DNA of 64,000 bases, taken from assembly GCF_009914755.1 (NCBI RefSeq), contig NC_060926.1. One strand, 5' to 3'. Below the pieces are notes generated by a model, which was not told the DNA's origin, searched no databases, and saw only the letters and a program-made list of their open reading frames with translations. Source of the DNA: the human T2T-CHM13v2.0 reference genome, Homo sapiens. Each line of letters starts with the position of its first letter. Position 1 is the first letter of the stretch. Positions 42,513 to 56,005 of this stretch are shown here, one piece after another. The position numbers and the translations under genes were made by a program.

Positions 42513-43769
42513 CAGGCTTTGCATCTATTTTCTTGCTTATTTTCCCAAACTATTGAGATATGCTAACTGTATTATCAAGTGAGAAGATTCGATCATTTTT
42601 ACATCTGAGAACAGATTTATTCAAGGAGAATTGTTGCTGCTTTCTAAACACACCACATATGGCAAAACAACCAAAATGTGATTCAAATACTTATTCCACC
42701 TTCTCTTTCTTGAAGCTCAACAGAGAAAAATTGTTTCATGCAGTATTTAGTTTTCACTGAGTAGTCAAAGCACCTCAAGCAAAATTTATCTTTATTAAAC
42801 TTTCCTTGTTCTCTTAGCATTGCCTTATTCCTGTCAATGTCTCATAATTTATGTTTCTTCTCATTTTTTTTTCTCATTTGTTTCATCTACTTAAGTTTAT
42901 TTATTGCAGGAATCAATTTCCAATGTTACATGTTTCAGGTTAGCTTCATGTATTTTACAGGAACTACAAATGACAGGGATATTACTTCAAGTTTACATTT
43001 AAAGGTCATTTGACCAAATAAGAAGAAAAAGCTAGTCTTTATGCTTTAAGTATTTTATTTCAGAGGGATAAGGTGATCAATGACATTTCTTCCCATATTT
43101 TTGCAGCTGAGCTTTTTGGAGAGGATTGATTAAAATTGTATGCTCTGCTCTCCAGATAGAAGGAGCACTCACTAGACAGCAACATTCACTGGGTTCGCCT
43201 TTTTAAAATGTACTAATTTGTAACCCTTAGAGCAGAGGTGAAAAACTAACAAGCTAAGACTTTGAATCCCAAATAAGGCGGAACATGTCCCCAGCAAACG
43301 TTCTATATTCATATTCATGTGACAAGCAGGAGAATTTTTAGGAGTAGTTATATCAGGTCAGTCAAGCATGGTAAAAACAGAAACCTTGTACAAGATTATA
43401 GAATGCAAAAATTGGAATTTACAAAATTCAATTTGCACTCAAATTATGTATTCTTTCCATAGTACTTCTGAGTGATAATCATATAGGACTTTATGGAGGT
43501 CTTGTGTGATAGGGAGGTTAGAAGATCAGAAGCAGTTCATTTCATGTATGGATAGCTCTAGGTATTAGAAAGTACATTATTTCATTGACATGAACTTTGC
43601 ATCACTGTTAACTTGTACCCATGCATACTGTTTCTGACCCTTACTATGATATCAAAGTATAGCTCTCTCATGTTTCTTTCTAACATCTGAAATAACCAGT
43701 GCTTTGTCTATATGGCCCTAACGTGTTTTCACTATTAACTATAACTCTTATATGGAAAAATGTACCGAG

Positions 43770-44422
43770 TGATTCTAATGTGGATATATATGTAACCATC
43801 ACACAAATCAATAAACAAAACACTGTCAGAAGCCAAGAGATGCACATATGTTCTTTCTCATACCACTCAGTCCATCTCCTCTAGAGGTAATTATTATCCT
43901 GATGAGGTATGTAAGAATTTCCTTATTTTTTAAATAAAAATAGATTTGTATTTCCTTATATTTATTTTCCCACGTATGTATGCCTTCCTAAATTATGCAA
44001 TTGTTTTACCTGTTTTTTGAACTTCATTTTAATGGAAGTATTTCATTTGTATTATTTTGTGTCTTGCTTTTTCCACTCTAGTTGTAAGACTGAGCATGTT
44101 GTCTTGTAGTACCATAGTACTGTTTATTTTGAGTGCTTTTTAGTATGCTGTTGTATTAATATACTATTATGTATATTCATCCCTAAAGCCAGTGAACACG
44201 CTTATACATGTGTTCTGAACATTTCGATATATTTGTTTCTGAAGGATACATACTCAGTAGTGTGATTTCTCTGACATAGGATATATGCATCCTAAATTTT
44301 ACTAGATAATATCACAATATTATCCAAAATAATTATTCCAAACTATACTCCCACCACCAGCACGTGAAAATTCCTTTTGCTCCACATTCTCTCCAACATT
44401 TGTACTATTAGATGTAAAATTT
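43770..44422 (-). mobile_element. Ancient L1ME-like fragment, split by the younger L1 and resuming at ~50427-50600
   Basis: 'tatactcccaccaccag...ttgctccacattctctccaacatttg' continues after the TSD as 'aaatttctacccaatatgatgag...ttaatttgtatgtct'. Confidence 0.65.
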
Positions 44423-46101
44423 ATTTTTGTTTTGCATTTTATTTTTTAATTATTTATTTACTTATTACTGTAACAATATTTTTGCTGGATTTTGTTATAT
44501 TTCATATATATATGTATATGTATACTTTAAATTCTGGGATACATGTAGAGAACGTGCAGGTTTGTTACATAAGTATACATGTGCCATGGTGATTTGCTGC
44601 ACCCATCAACTTGTCTTCTATATTAGGTATTTCTTCTAATGCTATCCCTCCCCTTGGCTCCCACCCTGCAATAGCTCCCAGTGTGTGATTTTCCCCTCCC
44701 TGAGCCCGTATGTTCTCATTGCTCAACTCCCACTTAAGAGTGAGAACATGCAGTGTCTGGTTTTCTGTTCCTGTGTTAGTTGCTGAGAATGACGGTTTCC
44801 GGCTTCATCCGTGTCCCTGCAAAGGACATGAACTCATTTTTTATGGCTGCATATTATTGCATGGTGTATATGTGCCATATTTTCTTTATCCAGGCTAACA
44901 TTGATTGGCATTTGGGTCAGCTCCAAGTCTTTGCTATTGTGAACAGTGCTGCAATAAACATACGTGTGCATGTGTCTTTATAGTAGAATGATTTATAATC
45001 CTTTGGGTATATACTCAGTAATGGGATTGCTGGATCAAATGGTATTTCTCGTTCTAGATCCTTGAGGAATCGCCACACTGTCTTCCATAATGGATGAACT
45101 AATTTACACTGCCATCAACAGTGTAAAAGTGTTCCGATTTCTCCACATCCTCTCCAGTGTCTATTGTTTCCTGACTTTTTAATGACGCCAATTTAACTGG
45201 CATGAGATGGTATCTCATTGTGATTTTGATTTTGATTTCTCTAATGACCAGTGATGATGAGCTTTTTTTCATATGTTTGTTGGCTGCATAAATGTCTTGT
45301 TTTGAGAAGTGTCTGTTCATATCTTTTGTCCAATTTTTGATGGGGTTGTTTGTTTTTTCTTGTGATTTTTTTAATGTTCCTTGTACATTCTGGTTACTAG
45401 CCCTTTGTCAAATGTATAGTTTGAAAAAAATTTCTCCCATTCTGTTGGTCGCCTGTTCACTGATGGTATTTTCTGTTGCTGTGCAGAAGCTTTTTAGTTT
45501 AATTAGATCCTATTTGTCAATTTTGGCTTTTGTTGCCATTGCTTTTAGTGTTTTCGTCATGAAGTCTTTGCCCATGTCTGTCCTGAATGCTATTGCCTAG
45601 GTTTTCTTCTAGGGTTTCTATGGCTTAGGTCTTACATTTGAATCTTTAATCCATCTTGAGTTAATTTTTGTATAAGGTGTAAGGAAGGTGTCCAGTTTCA
45701 GTTTTCTGCATATGACTAGCCAGTTTTCCCAACTATTTATTTAATAGGGAATCATTTCCCCATTTCTTGTTTTTGTCAGGTTTCTCAAAGATCAAATGAT
45801 TGTAGACGTATGGTGTTATTTCTGAATCCTCTATTCTGTTCCATTGGTCTATATATCTGTTTTGGTACCAGTACCATGATGTTTTGGTGACCATAGCCTT
45901 GTAGCATTTTTTTTGCTTATGATTTGGCTGTTTGTCTATTCTTGGTGTATAGGAATGCTTGTGAATTTGCACATTGATTTTATATTCTGAGATTTGCTGA
46001 AATTGTTCATCAGCTTAAGGAGATTTTGGACTGAGACCATTGGGTTTTCTAAATATACAATCTGCAAACAGAGACAATTTGACTTCTTCTCTTCCTATTT
46101 A

Positions 46102-46293
<192 letters not shown>

Positions 46294-46990
46294 TCAATCA
46301 ATACCTAGTTTATTGAGTGTTTTCAGCATGAAGGGGTGTTGTATTTTTTTGAAGGCCTTTCCTGCATCTATTGAGATAATCATGTGGTTTTTGTCATTGG
46401 TTCTGTTTATGTGATGGATTACATTTATTGATTTACATATGTTGAATCACCCTTGCAACCCACGCATGAAGCACACTTGATCATGGTGGATAAGCTTTTT
46501 GATGTGCTGCTGGATTCGGGTTGCCAGTATCTTATTGAGGATTTTCGCATTGATGTTTATCAGTGATATTGGCCTAAAATTTTCTTTTCTTTTGTTATGT
46601 CCCTGCCTGCCAGGTTTTGCTATCAGGATGATGTTGGCCTCATATATAACATGAGTTAGCGGGACACCCTCTTTTTGTATAGCTTGGAATAGTTCAGAAG
46701 GCATGGTACCAGCTCCTCTTTGTACCTCTGGTAGAATTCGGCTGTGAATCCATCTGGTACTGGGCTTTTTTTGGTTGGTAGGCTATTAATTACTGCTTCA
46801 ATTTCAGAACTTGTTATTTGTCTATTCAGGGATTCAACTTCTTCCTGGTTTAGTCTTGGGAGCGTATATATGTCCAGGAACTTAACAATTTCTTCCAGAT
46901 TTTCTAATTTATTTGCGTAGAGATGTTCATAGTATTCTCTGATGGTAGCATGTATTTCTGTGGGATCAGTGGTAATCTCCTCTTTATTAG

Positions 46991-47306
<316 letters not shown>

Positions 47307-49056
47307 TATCATTTTTTATTATGTCTATTTAATTCTTCTCTCTTTTCTTCTTTATTAGTCTGTCTAGCTGTCTACCTATTTTGTTAATCTTTTCAAAAAA
47401 CCAGCTCTTGGAATCATTGATTTTTGAAGGGTTTTTTGTGTCTCTATCTCCTTGAGTCCTGCTCTGATCTTAGTTATTTCTTGTCTTCTGCAAACTCTTG
47501 AATTTGTTTGCTCTTGCTTCTCTAGTTCTTTTAATTGTGATATTAGGGTGTCAATTTTAGATCTTTCCTGCTTTCTCCTATGGGCATTTAGTGCTATAAA
47601 TTGCCCTGTAAACACTGCTGTTGCTGTGTCCGAGAGATTCTGGTACATTGTGGCTTTGTTCTCATTGGTTTCAAAGAACTAGTTCTGCCTTCATTTAGTT
47701 ATTTAACCAGCAGTCATTCAGGAGCAGGCTGTTCATGTCCCACGTAGTTGTGCAGTTTTGAGTGAGTTTCTTAATCCTGAGTTCTAATTTGAATGCACTG
47801 TGATCTGAGAGACAATTTACATTCTTTTGCATTTGCTGAGGGGTGTTTTACTTCCAATTATGTGGTTGATTTTATCAATGGGTCTTGACTCTTTATCTAA
47901 TTTGCCAGTGTGTGTCTTTTAATTAGGGCATTTAGCCTGTTTACATTTAAGGTTAATATTGTTATGTGTGAATTTGATCCTGTCATTATGATGCTAGCTG
48001 GTTATTTTGCCCATTAGTTGATGCAGTTTCTTCATAGTGTCAATGGTCTTTACATTTTGGTTTGTTTTTGCAGTGGCTGGTACCAGTTTTTCCTTTCCAT
48101 ATTTACTGCTTCCTTCAGGAGCTCTTGTAAGGCAGGCCTGGTGGTGACAAAAATCCCTCAGCATTTGCTTGTTTATTTCTCTTTCACTGTTGAAGCTTAG
48201 TTTGGCTGGATATGAAACTCTGGATTAAAAATTATTTTATTTAAGAATGTGAATATTGGCCCACACTGTCTTCTAGCTTGTAGGGTTTCTGCAGAGAGAT
48301 CCCCTGTTAGTCTGATGGACATCCCTTTGTGGTAACTCGACCTTTCTCTCTGGCTGTCCTTACCATTTTTTCCTTCATTTTGACCTTGGTGAATCTGATG
48401 ATTATGTGTCTTGGGTTGCTCTTCTCGAGGAGTATCTCTGTGGTGTTCTCTGTATTTCCTGAATTTGAATGCTGCCCTGTCTTGCTAGGTTGGGGAAGTT
48501 CTGGATAATATCCTGAAGTGTGTTTTCCAACTTGATTCCATTCTCCCTGTCAGTGTCAGGTACACCAATCAAACATAGGTTTGGTCTTTTCACATAGTCC
48601 CATATTTCTTGGAGGCTTTGTTCATTCCTTTTCATTCTTTTTTCTCTAATCTTATCTTCACACTTTCTTTCATTAAGGTGATCTTCAATCTCTGATAACC
48701 TTTCTTCTGCTTGATCAATTCAGCTATTGATACTTGGTATGCTTCATGAAGTTCTCGTGCTGTGTTTTTCACCTCCATCGGGTCATTTATGTTCTTCTCT
48801 AAACTGGTTATTCTAGTAAGCAATTCCTCTAACCCTTTATCAAAGTTCTTAGCTTCCTTGCATTGGGTTAGAACATGCTCCTTTAGCTTGGAGGAGTTTG
48901 AATTAACCCCCTTCTGAAGCCTACTTCTGTCAATTCATCAAACTCATTCTCCATCCAGTTTTTTTCCCTTGCTGGTAAGGAGTTATGATCCTTGGGAGGA
49001 GAAGATACATTCTGGTTTTAGGAATTTTCAGCCTTTTTGCGCTAGTTTTTCCTCAT

Positions 49057-50426
49057 CTTCATGGATTTATCTACCTTTGTTCTTTGCGGTTGGTGACCTT
49101 TGGATGGAGTTTTTCTGTGGTCACCCTTTTTGTTGATGTAGATGCTATTGCTTTCTGTTTGTTAGTTTTCCTTCTAACAGTCAGGCCCCTCTGCTGCAAG
49201 TCTGCTGGAGTTTGCTGGGGGTCCACTCCAGACCCTGTTTTCCTGGGCATCACCAGTGGAGGCTGCAAAACAGCAAAGACTGCTGCTTGCTCCCTCCTCT
49301 GGAAGCTTTGTACCAGAGGGGCATCTGCCAGATGCCAGCTGGAGCTCTCCTGTATGAGGTGTCTGTCAACCCTGTTGGGAGGTGACTCCCCATCAGGAGG
49401 CATGGGGGTCAGGGACCCACTTGAGGAGGCAGTCTGTCCCTTAGCAGAGCTCCAGCTGGGAGATCCCCCAGCAGGCAGATCCACTGGGAGATCCGCCAGC
49501 AGGCAGGAACGTTTAAGTCTGCTGAAGCTGCGCCCACAGCTGCCCCAGATGCTCCAGATGCTCTGTCCCAGGGAGATGGGACTTTTATCTATAAGCCCCT
49601 GACCGGGGCTGCTGCCTTTCTTTCAGAGATGCCCTGCCCAGAGAGGAGGAATCTAAAGAGGCAGTCTGGTTACAGTGGCTTTGTGACGCTGTGTTGGGCT
49701 CTGCCCAGCCCAAAATTCCTGGAGGCTTTGTTTACACTGTGAGGGGAAAACTGCCTACTGAAGCTTCAGTAATGGTGGATGCCCCTCCTCTCACCAAGCT
49801 CGAGTGTCCCAGGTCGACTTCAGACTGCTGTGCTGGCAGCAAGAATTTCAAGCCAGTGGATCTTAGCTTGCTGGGCTCTGTGGGGGTGGGATCTGCTGAG
49901 GAAGACCACTTGGCTCCCTGGCTTCACCACCCTTTCCAGGGGAATGAATTGTTTTGTCTCTCTGGTGTTCCAGGGACTGCTGGGGTAGAAAAAACAAAAA
50001 ACAAAAAACAAATAAACTCCTGCAGCTAGCTCAGTGTCTGCCCAAACGGCCACCCAGTTTTGTGCTAGAAACCTAGGGCCCTTATAGTGTAGGTACCAGA
50101 GGAAATCTCCTGGTCTCTGGGTTGCGAGGACCATGGAAAAAGCATAGTATCTGGGTCCGGATAGTACGGTCCCTCAAAGCATAGTCCCTCACGGCTTCCC
50201 TTGGCTAGGGGAGGGAGTTCCCCAACCCCTTGCACTTCCCAGATGAGGCAACACCCCATCCTGCTTCTGCTCACCCTCCGTGGGCTGCACCCACTGTCTA
50301 ACCAGTCCCATTGAGATAAACCAGGTACCTCAGTTGGAAATGCAGAAATCACCGGCCGTCTGCATTGGTCTAGCTGGGAGCTGCAGACTGGAGCTGTTCC
50401 TATTCAGCCATGTTGCCCGGGAGCTC
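49057..50426 (-). promoter_or_regulatory. L1 5' UTR (internal sense and antisense promoter region), CpG-depleted
   Basis: The 5' end reads GGCAACATGGCTGAATAGGAACAGCTCC on the minus strand, with a YY1-type site diverged from CAAGATGGCCG. Confidence 0.75.
49772..50029 (+). CDS. Candidate L1 ORF0-homologous antisense ORF, 85 aa (expression unknown)
   Basis: MVDAPPLTKLECPRSTSDCCAGS...SVGVG aligns by eye to the recalled human ORF0 (MAGAPPPASLPPCSLISDCCASN...SVGVG); start context GTAATGG; no internal stop. Confidence 0.4.
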   Translation: MVDAPPLTKLECPRSTSDCCAGSKNFKPVDLSLLGSVGVGSAEEDHLAPWLHHPFQGNELFCLSGVPGTAGVEKTKNKKQINSCS

Positions 50427-51922
50427 TAGATGTGAAATTTCTACCCAATATGATGAGAATAATTTTAATTTGTATGTCTGTGGTAATTATTGAAGTTTAG
50501 TATTTTTTGCTTTGATTTGTTATTTTAATTTTTTGTTATATTCTTTTTTATTCTATATAAAATATTTTTAAATGAGGGCAACTTTCATTTTTATATATAA
50601 TCTACTCTTCAATTCTTTAATGTTCATTAAATTACATAATTTTTTAAGATCACTTCATGTATGTGTATTTTAGACTGGCACCTTCTTTATAATAATACAG
50701 GACTGACAATAAAATTCAATATTCTTTATGTGATCTGAACAACGCAGAATAAACTATAGTTCTAGTTCCCTTAATATGAAGAGTATATTTCTATTATTAA
50801 ACTTAGATTGGCATTAGTAATCTTAGCTGCGTTGCTAGCATGTTATAATTTATCCCACAGCATTGAAAGCCAGTGTTCTGTTGAGCTTGGTGGCATTCTT
50901 ATAGAGTAATCTGAACAGGTCGGTTGATTTCTCCAGCTCACCAAAGTCAATTAGTGGTTGTTATAACCTACCTACATATTGAGTACAATTGCTTTTCTCC
51001 TTTATTGGAGAAATATATTTGAAGCATGGGTATTTATTCTCCTTGGTCAAAGGAAGAGTCAGGTAGCAGTGACAATTTTTTGACACGTAGAATTTGAGCA
51101 AATGTTAATAGGAAGATAATTGAGTCTCAACATGAAAAATTTTAATGAGACAATGTTTCATATGCCAAACAGCTAACTATTTCACATACAAATAATTCTA
51201 CTAAGTACATAATGTTTTGATTCTCACCACATAATGTAACGATAACATTGAACAAATATGTTTCATGGGATGTAATTATAAACAACTTAATTTTCAATTC
51301 CCATTCTTGCTTAAGTTTATCCTATAGGGTTAATACCCTCCACCCCCTGATAAAATTCAATAGAGTTTCATGATTTTTGTGTTATTTTCAAGAATTAACA
51401 GCAGTTTATGTAATTAGTATATCCATGAGTATAATAATCAAACTTTAACCTGCTTAATTCTTGTTTCTTTTATGTTACAACCTGATCCCACCACTGATTA
51501 GAAAGAAATGCAGGTGGCAGGTTTTCTCTTTCCTAGTTTATAATTTAGCTCTTCTCCTGCATCTTCCCAACAGTGATTTCTGGCCCTTCCAGAGTCAATA
51601 AGAGAGAGGAAATGAGAGAAGAAAATGGGCAGGAAAAGTTCTCACTTAAGTGTGAATGATGTAATTACTTATTACAATCATTATTATTGTAATTAATACT
51701 TATTGTGAATAATTATACTGCTCTGAGTTTTGAAAATATGTAAAACTGACATTATCTTCTACAACAATTTCCTGTGTTCTTAGAAGAGTTCACTACTGCA
51801 GTTCCCTCGATGCAGACGGTGCATTCTCCATTGGTTATCTGCTTAGGGGTGCACTTTCCTATCTTTCTGTTGAGTTCCATTTGACTCCTTTGGACAAATT
51901 TCCTTTAAGAAGTTTCCAGTTG

Positions 51923-52074
51923 CATATGTATACATGTGCCATGCTGGTGTGCTGCACCCATTAACTCATCATTTAGCATAAGGTATATCTCCTAAAGCTA
52001 TCTCTCCCCCCTCCCCCCACACCCTAAAACTTGAAGTATAATAATAATAAAATAAAATAAAATAAATTAAAAAA
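51923..52074 (+). mobile_element. ~150-bp L1PA2/3-like insertion with a 5' inversion
   Basis: 51923-52020 is antisense L1 3' UTR; 52021-52074 is the sense terminus plus A-rich tail; TSD AAGAA(G/T)TTTCCAGTTG at 51907-51922 and 52075-52090. Confidence 0.92.
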
Positions 52075-52544
52075 AAGAATTTTCCAGTTGGATTTTTCTT
52101 TTGTGCATAGAGTCCACCTCTGGAATATTCACCTTCAGCTCAATATTAGGACTACTGGTATCAGACTTGGACTTCCCTCTGGGGTGAAAGTATGCCTTAA
52201 CCAGCCTCTTAACCTTTAAGTTTCCAAGCCATAAATTAGACCACTGTACTGTGTACAATAAACTATCTGTGTGTTTCATGAAATGATTCTTCCCTAATCT
52301 TGAGGTGAGGAGCAGACACTCCTCCTTCCACTTTGGATTAAAACTCACAGCACCCAACATCTCTCTCTGTCTAAAAATTCTTTGTTCACCATTAACCTCC
52401 TCACCCTTTTATACTCTTAACATGGGTGAAAGAGGATTCTACTTTGGAGTGAGGTATATAATGTTTTAGAGTTTGAACAAAAATAAGATTAAATAAGTTT
52501 ATTTAAAGAATCAGAAACAAAAGCATATTGTGGGCTTTATTCTT

Positions 52545-53625
52545 TATTCCAGCTAATATTTACGGCATGTCTGCTATATAAGGCACTGTTTTAGTAGCTG
52601 GGATTCAACTTTGAAAATGGAACAAAAAACAATACGTTTCATCATAGAGCTGTGTTCTAATTTGAATAGAGAAATAACAAGATGAACAAGTAATGTATGT
52701 TAGATGATAATAAGTGCTAAGATAAGAAAATGTTAGTGAGAAAAATTTAATAATGGGTATAGTCAATAATGGTGGTGTAATTTTAGGTAGAGGGAGCAGA
52801 GAATAGCTCATGAGAAGCTAATGTTTGAACAAGGACCTGCAGAAGATAAAGTAAGCCATGCAGTCGCTCACGTGAAGAGGAATTCCAGGAAAAGTGGTCA
52901 GATAGGGCAACTGCCCTGCAGTGGAAGTGGAAGCACTTTTGACTTTCATTAAGGAAGAAGGAAGACCAGTGTGGTTGAAAGGGAATGATCCAAAAGAAAA
53001 GTAGTAGGAAATGAATTCAGAGAGGAAAGTGGGGGAGAGGGTTAGATTGTTTAGAGATTTGGGTCATCAAGAAAACAATGGCTTTTGCCCAAGTGCAACT
53101 GGGGACCACTGGAGCTTTCAGAGTGGAAGAAGAAGATCATCTGGATTATCTTTCAGCAGGTTACTCTGCATCTGTGTGAAGAGTAGACTATAAGGGCGGG
53201 GAGGTAATGGCAGAAGCCAGAGGCCATTTCTGAGGCTACTGCAATAATCCAAGCAAGAGGTGATGGTGTCTTGAAAAGAGTTGATCATCATGGAAACATT
53301 AAGAGGTAGTCAGGATGTAGGTGTATTTGGAAGAAAAGCTTACAGGAATTACTGATGAGTTAGACACGGTGTGAAAAGCAGAGATAAGTCAAGATAAGTG
53401 CAGGTTTTTAGCATGAGAAATTGGAAGAAAAAGCTTTTCATGACTGAGATAAAGAAGACTGAGAGGAGCACATATGGAATGGAATAGTAGGGGTTTAGTT
53501 TTGGACATATTAAATTTGAGATATTATTAGCATTTATCACCTTGATTAGAAATATCAAGAAAGCACTTGGTTACAAAGTCTGAGGTTTAGAGGAGACATA
53601 CAGGCTTGAGATATAAATTATACTC
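52545..53625. mobile_element. L2 LINE fragment
   Basis: 'aaggcactgttttagtagctgggattcaac', 'gaggctactgcaataatccaagcaagaggtgatggtgtcttg', 'tttagttttggacatattaaatttgagat'. Confidence 0.75.
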
Positions 53626-53961
53626 CTGTTAAATTGAGAGTATATAAGTGCTATTTCCAATATAATTCCTAAAATTACACCAGTATTTTAGATTTAAAAA
53701 AAATTAAAGGTTTTTTTTTAAATTGTGTACACATGTATATACACGTTTAGTTCTTTTATTAAACTTATGTACATTCATAAATATTCATAAGTAGGGACTG
53801 AGCAATAGTATTTGGCATCTGCTGGATTGTTTTAATACTTTCTGAAAAAATAATGTCCTGTTATAAAACACTCCAGTTATTCTGGATTTCACTTTGGCCA
53901 CCAGTGTTTCTTCATTTTTTTCTACATAGCAATCACTACTCTAGTCTATGTAAGTCATGGC

Positions 53962-54511
53962 TGTGACGGTTAATATTGAGTGTCTACTTGACCGGATTGA
54001 AGGATGCAAAGTATTCATCCTGGGTGTGTCTGTGGGGGTGTTGCCAAAGGAGGTTAACATATGAGTCAGTGAACTGGGAGAAGTAGACCCACCCTCAATC
54101 TGGATGAGCACCATCCCCTGGGCTGCCAGCTGAGCTAGAAAAGGCAGACAGAAGAAGATGACTAAGCAGACTTTCTGAGTCTTCCAGCCTTTCTCCTGTA
54201 TTGAATGCTTTTTGCCTTGAACATCAGACTCCAAGCTCTTCAGCTTTTGGACTCTTGGACTTACACCAGTGGTTTGCCAGGGACCCTCGGGCCTTTGGCC
54301 ACAGACTGAAGGCTGCACTGTCAGTTTCCCTACTTTTGAGGTTTTGGGACTCGGACTGATCTGCCACTGGCTTCCTTGGTCCTCAACTAGCAGACAGCCT
54401 ATCATGGAACTTTACCTTGTGATGGTGTAAGTCAATTCTCCTTATAAGCTCCCTTTCATATATACATAGATCCTATTAGTTCTGTCCCTCTGGAGAACCC
54501 TGACTAATACA
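53962..54511 (+). mobile_element. MLT2A (probably MLT2A2) HERV-L solo LTR, 550 bp
   Basis: TGTGACGGTTAATATTGAGTGTC...GAGAACCCTGACTAATACA; 5-bp TSD ATGGC at 53957-53961 and 54512-54516. Confidence 0.92.
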
Positions 54512-54764
54512 ATGGCTATTAAATTAAAAAACCCAATGGTGCTTGTCTTCTTCTCAGGCAACGTGTACTCTCTTATGGAGGGCCAGTGCTATCTGAATCA
54601 AAGTATAAACTGTTCTCTCTCCTGTTCCCTCAGAATAACGTAGATGACAGGAAGAAATAGCATTTGAAAAAAATTGCATGCTTGAAAAAGTGGAACAATA
54701 CTAACCAGTGCCTGAGAGGGGCACAAAACTGTCTATACTTTTTACACTTCAATGGATGTGAAAT

Positions 54765-54945
54765 AATTACATCTTATGGAATCAGAATTTCAGAGTTCAA
54801 AGAAATATTAATGGTCTTTCAGGCTACGAATAAGAAAACTGAGAAGGTAAGTGATTTTATCAAGTTATTGGGGCTGATATCTAGCTGAGCTAAGAGTTAG
54901 GTGTTCTCCTTCTGATCTTTCAAGACAGTGCTTTTAAACTATACT
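54765..54945. mobile_element. MIR remnant
   Basis: 'aagaaaactgagaaggtaagtgattttatcaagtt' resembles the MIR core. Confidence 0.5.
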
Positions 54946-55469
54946 GCAATGAACAGACCAAATAGTTTTCTCTCTTAAACGTTAACACTCTGGGATTAAG
55001 AGCAAAACTCAGTACTTAGGTCTTAGTAGTTTGTATTAACGGAGTCTCAAACAGTACTGGAACACAGCACACACACACAGTACATTATAGTTGAAGTTTG
55101 TTTCTTCGTGACAGAGTTGTACAAATATCAGGACATAATGTGATTAAATTAGAGAAAGGTAAAAGCATTCTATAAGAAAAGGTGGGCAAGTTATACACAC
55201 ATGGTCTTAATAGCTAATAAATATAAAGGAAATGAGAAGTTGTTAGTTTATTTAGTGGAACAGACCTATCCCATTTACTGCATCCCACAGTCTGGGTGTT
55301 GTGACTAGTATTACAATGCATTCTACAGTTTGAGGAAGTAACTTGGCCTTGGTCCTACCAACAACTACACATGCTTTCCTGTGAAAACTATTTAACTTGT
55401 CCAGGCCTCAGTCCCCTTACCTGCAAATAAAGGGGTATAGAATATTCTCTACAATTTCTTACAGCTTTA

Positions 55470-56005
55470 TGACGAAGAAGATCTTAACTTACCTCTCAGC
55501 TGGACTAAACTTTAGACAGGCTTTCTTCTAACTCTAGGCCTTGATCATCTTTTTTTAGACCATTTACTTTAGAAAGCTTTTAATTGTAGATTGTTTCTCT
55601 GCCCCCTTTGAGATATCTCTTTTAAAGCTTTTTGACACATTTTCAACCCAGGAATGTCTTTCTCAAAGACTTGCAAGCCATCCCTTTGAAATGTATTCAT
55701 CAAGAAAGATAGTATCCCTATCTTTCTGTGTGAGGGTAGCAGCCTAACTTCTAGGCGCCTTTCTCCAAATTGTAACACTATCTTCTGGCATAAAGATAGG
55801 AGAAACTTCACTTTTCCTTTGGTCAAGGCCAGCCAGCAAACCCAGATGGCCTTTGATTTCTCCCAGCCCAGCTCTTTAAAACTCCCATCCTTTGTTTCAG
55901 GGAGTTGGGCTCAGACTAAGTTCTGACCTCTCTCCCTTATTTCAATAGCCTTAAAGGTCTTTTTTACTTGTTTAACTTGGTACTGGTGCAATTTTCGCTT
56001 TAACA
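55470..56005 (+). mobile_element. ERV1-class solo LTR (MER31/MER67-like)
   Basis: TG...CA termini; 4-bp TSD TTTA at 55466-55469 and 56006-56009; 'gactaaactttagacaggct' and 'ctggtgcaattttcgctttaaca'. Confidence 0.75.

Noticed and set aside
48985-49602. 205-aa plus-strand ORF
   Set aside because: It is antisense to the L1 5' UTR and ORF1 start, in GC-rich repeat sequence, shows no domain resemblance and is not the ORF0 frame
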